Below are positions 63,420-64,000 of a stretch of 64,000 bases of DNA, piece by piece; position 1 is the stretch's first letter, and each line of letters opens with the position of its first letter. The notes below the pieces were generated by a model that saw nothing but the letters and a program-made list of their open reading frames with translations, searched no databases and was not told the origin of the DNA. Made by a program: the position numbers and the translations under genes. This DNA is from Pseudomonadota bacterium (GTDB lineage: Bacteria; Pseudomonadota; Alphaproteobacteria; Rhizobiales; Rhizobiaceae), in NCBI GenBank assembly GCA_039198355.1, contig JBCCTO010000012.1:8621-72620 (forward strand). The letters run 5' to 3'.

Positions 63420-63791
63420 GGGGAATATCCTGTGGTTTTCAGCCGATGCGGAATTATGGGCAAAGACTGCCAGATTCGGAAGTCACCCAGCTTTAGGGAG
63501 TGAAAAAAGCGCTAAAGGCGGCCGGACGGGGCCGAGGTGTTCTTTAGTCTGATATGAGACCGGCCATCGGCGGCAACCGCCGGTATTTCCACGCAAAAAG
63601 CGACAATTTGCCGATGCAAGATTGTCGCGCAGGCCTATGAGCGCTGGACAAGACACCCATATGATGGCTAGACGAACCGAGAGGGATGCCGGTTGTGTTT
63701 GCACGCAAAACTAGTGTCAAAATGTCAGCTTTTCGCTGAATAAGCAACACAACAAAGGGCCCTTAAGGGTATTATCCGCAGAGGACGTAAT

Positions 63792-64000
63792 ATGAGTGAT
63801 GTAGACGCCGGCGAACCGACCCGCCGCGATTTTCTTTACATAGCCACCGGCGCCGCCGGTGTGGTTGCTGTGGGTGGCATTGTGTGGCCACTGGTTGCGC
63901 AGCTGGCCCCCAATGAGCGGGAGAAGGCTGCTGGTGCACCGGCAGAAATTGACGTCTCTGCAATCGAGCCCGGTATGCAGATCGTGGTGACCTGGCGTGG
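63792..64000 (+). CDS. petA: ubiquinol-cytochrome c reductase Rieske iron-sulfur subunit, N-terminal part (runs off the window)
   Basis: Hand translation gives MSDVDAGEPTRRDFLYIATGAAGVVAVGGIVWPLVAQLAPNEREKAAGAPAEIDVSAIEPGMQIVVTWR, the typical Tat motif/TM anchor and start of bc1 Rieske proteins. Confidence 0.85.
   Translation, partial: MSDVDAGEPTRRDFLYIATGAAGVVAVGGIVWPLVAQLAPNEREKAAGAPAEIDVSAIEPGMQIVVTWR

Noticed and set aside
63420-63791. Hairpins (CGGCGG-CAA-CCGCCG near 63570 and GCGACAAT..ATTGTCGC near 63600-63628) in the 370-bp rhodanese/petA intergenic region, considered as an RNA element.
   Set aside because: There is no terminator-like U-run, no recognisable riboswitch or sRNA signature, and nothing to compare against. 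The evidence is insufficient for a call.

Overview
The window reads as a chromosomal segment of a high-GC alphaproteobacterium. That assignment is inferred from a fused TrpE(G) behind a Rhizobium-type WWW leader peptide, petA, single-chain methylmalonyl-CoA mutase with pccA/pccB, and GC3-rich codon use. No rRNA, tRNA, CRISPR array, transposase or integrase was seen.

Layout:
- 1-17 kb: propionate/methylmalonyl-CoA metabolism (scpA, pccA, pccB) interleaved with moaA and many small conserved-hypothetical genes. It also holds a GST gene split by a ~113-bp MITE-like element and one AT-rich orphan gene.
- 17-31 kb: a PspA/YiaAB locus facing a TetR gene across a triple operator, then gcdH, a protease, glycerate kinase and tdk. 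A sensory/redox group (PBP + HAMP protein, cytochrome b-DOMON + ferredoxin reductase, EAL phosphodiesterase) has three upstream regions sharing a 13-bp palindrome.
- 31-44 kb: a single 12.8-kb gene for a 4,251-aa DUF4347/cadherin-like repeat adhesin.
- 44-50.5 kb: a TolC-like lipoprotein, two HlyD-type adaptors and a PqqD-like/M50-protease/HlyD fusion, with no ABC/RND/MFS pump.
- 50.7-59.6 kb: a co-directional operon of uncharacterised proteins built around an AAA+ ATPase (TelA-like coiled coil, two unknowns, two tail-anchored microproteins, a DUF2333-like membrane protein). Lower-GC insertions puncture it: an extremely Trp/Gly/Tyr-rich repeat protein, a displaced copy of the ATPase 3' end, and vapBC.
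- 59.6-64 kb: two orphan terminator hairpins, the trpL attenuator with trpE(G), a frameshifted GNAT gene, a rhodanese gene, and the start of petA.

The best candidates for undescribed biology are the pump-less TolC/HlyD/M50 machine next to the adhesin and the AAA+-centred operon. All calls come from reading the sequence and the ORF track by eye. Family names are from memory of family signatures, not from searches.
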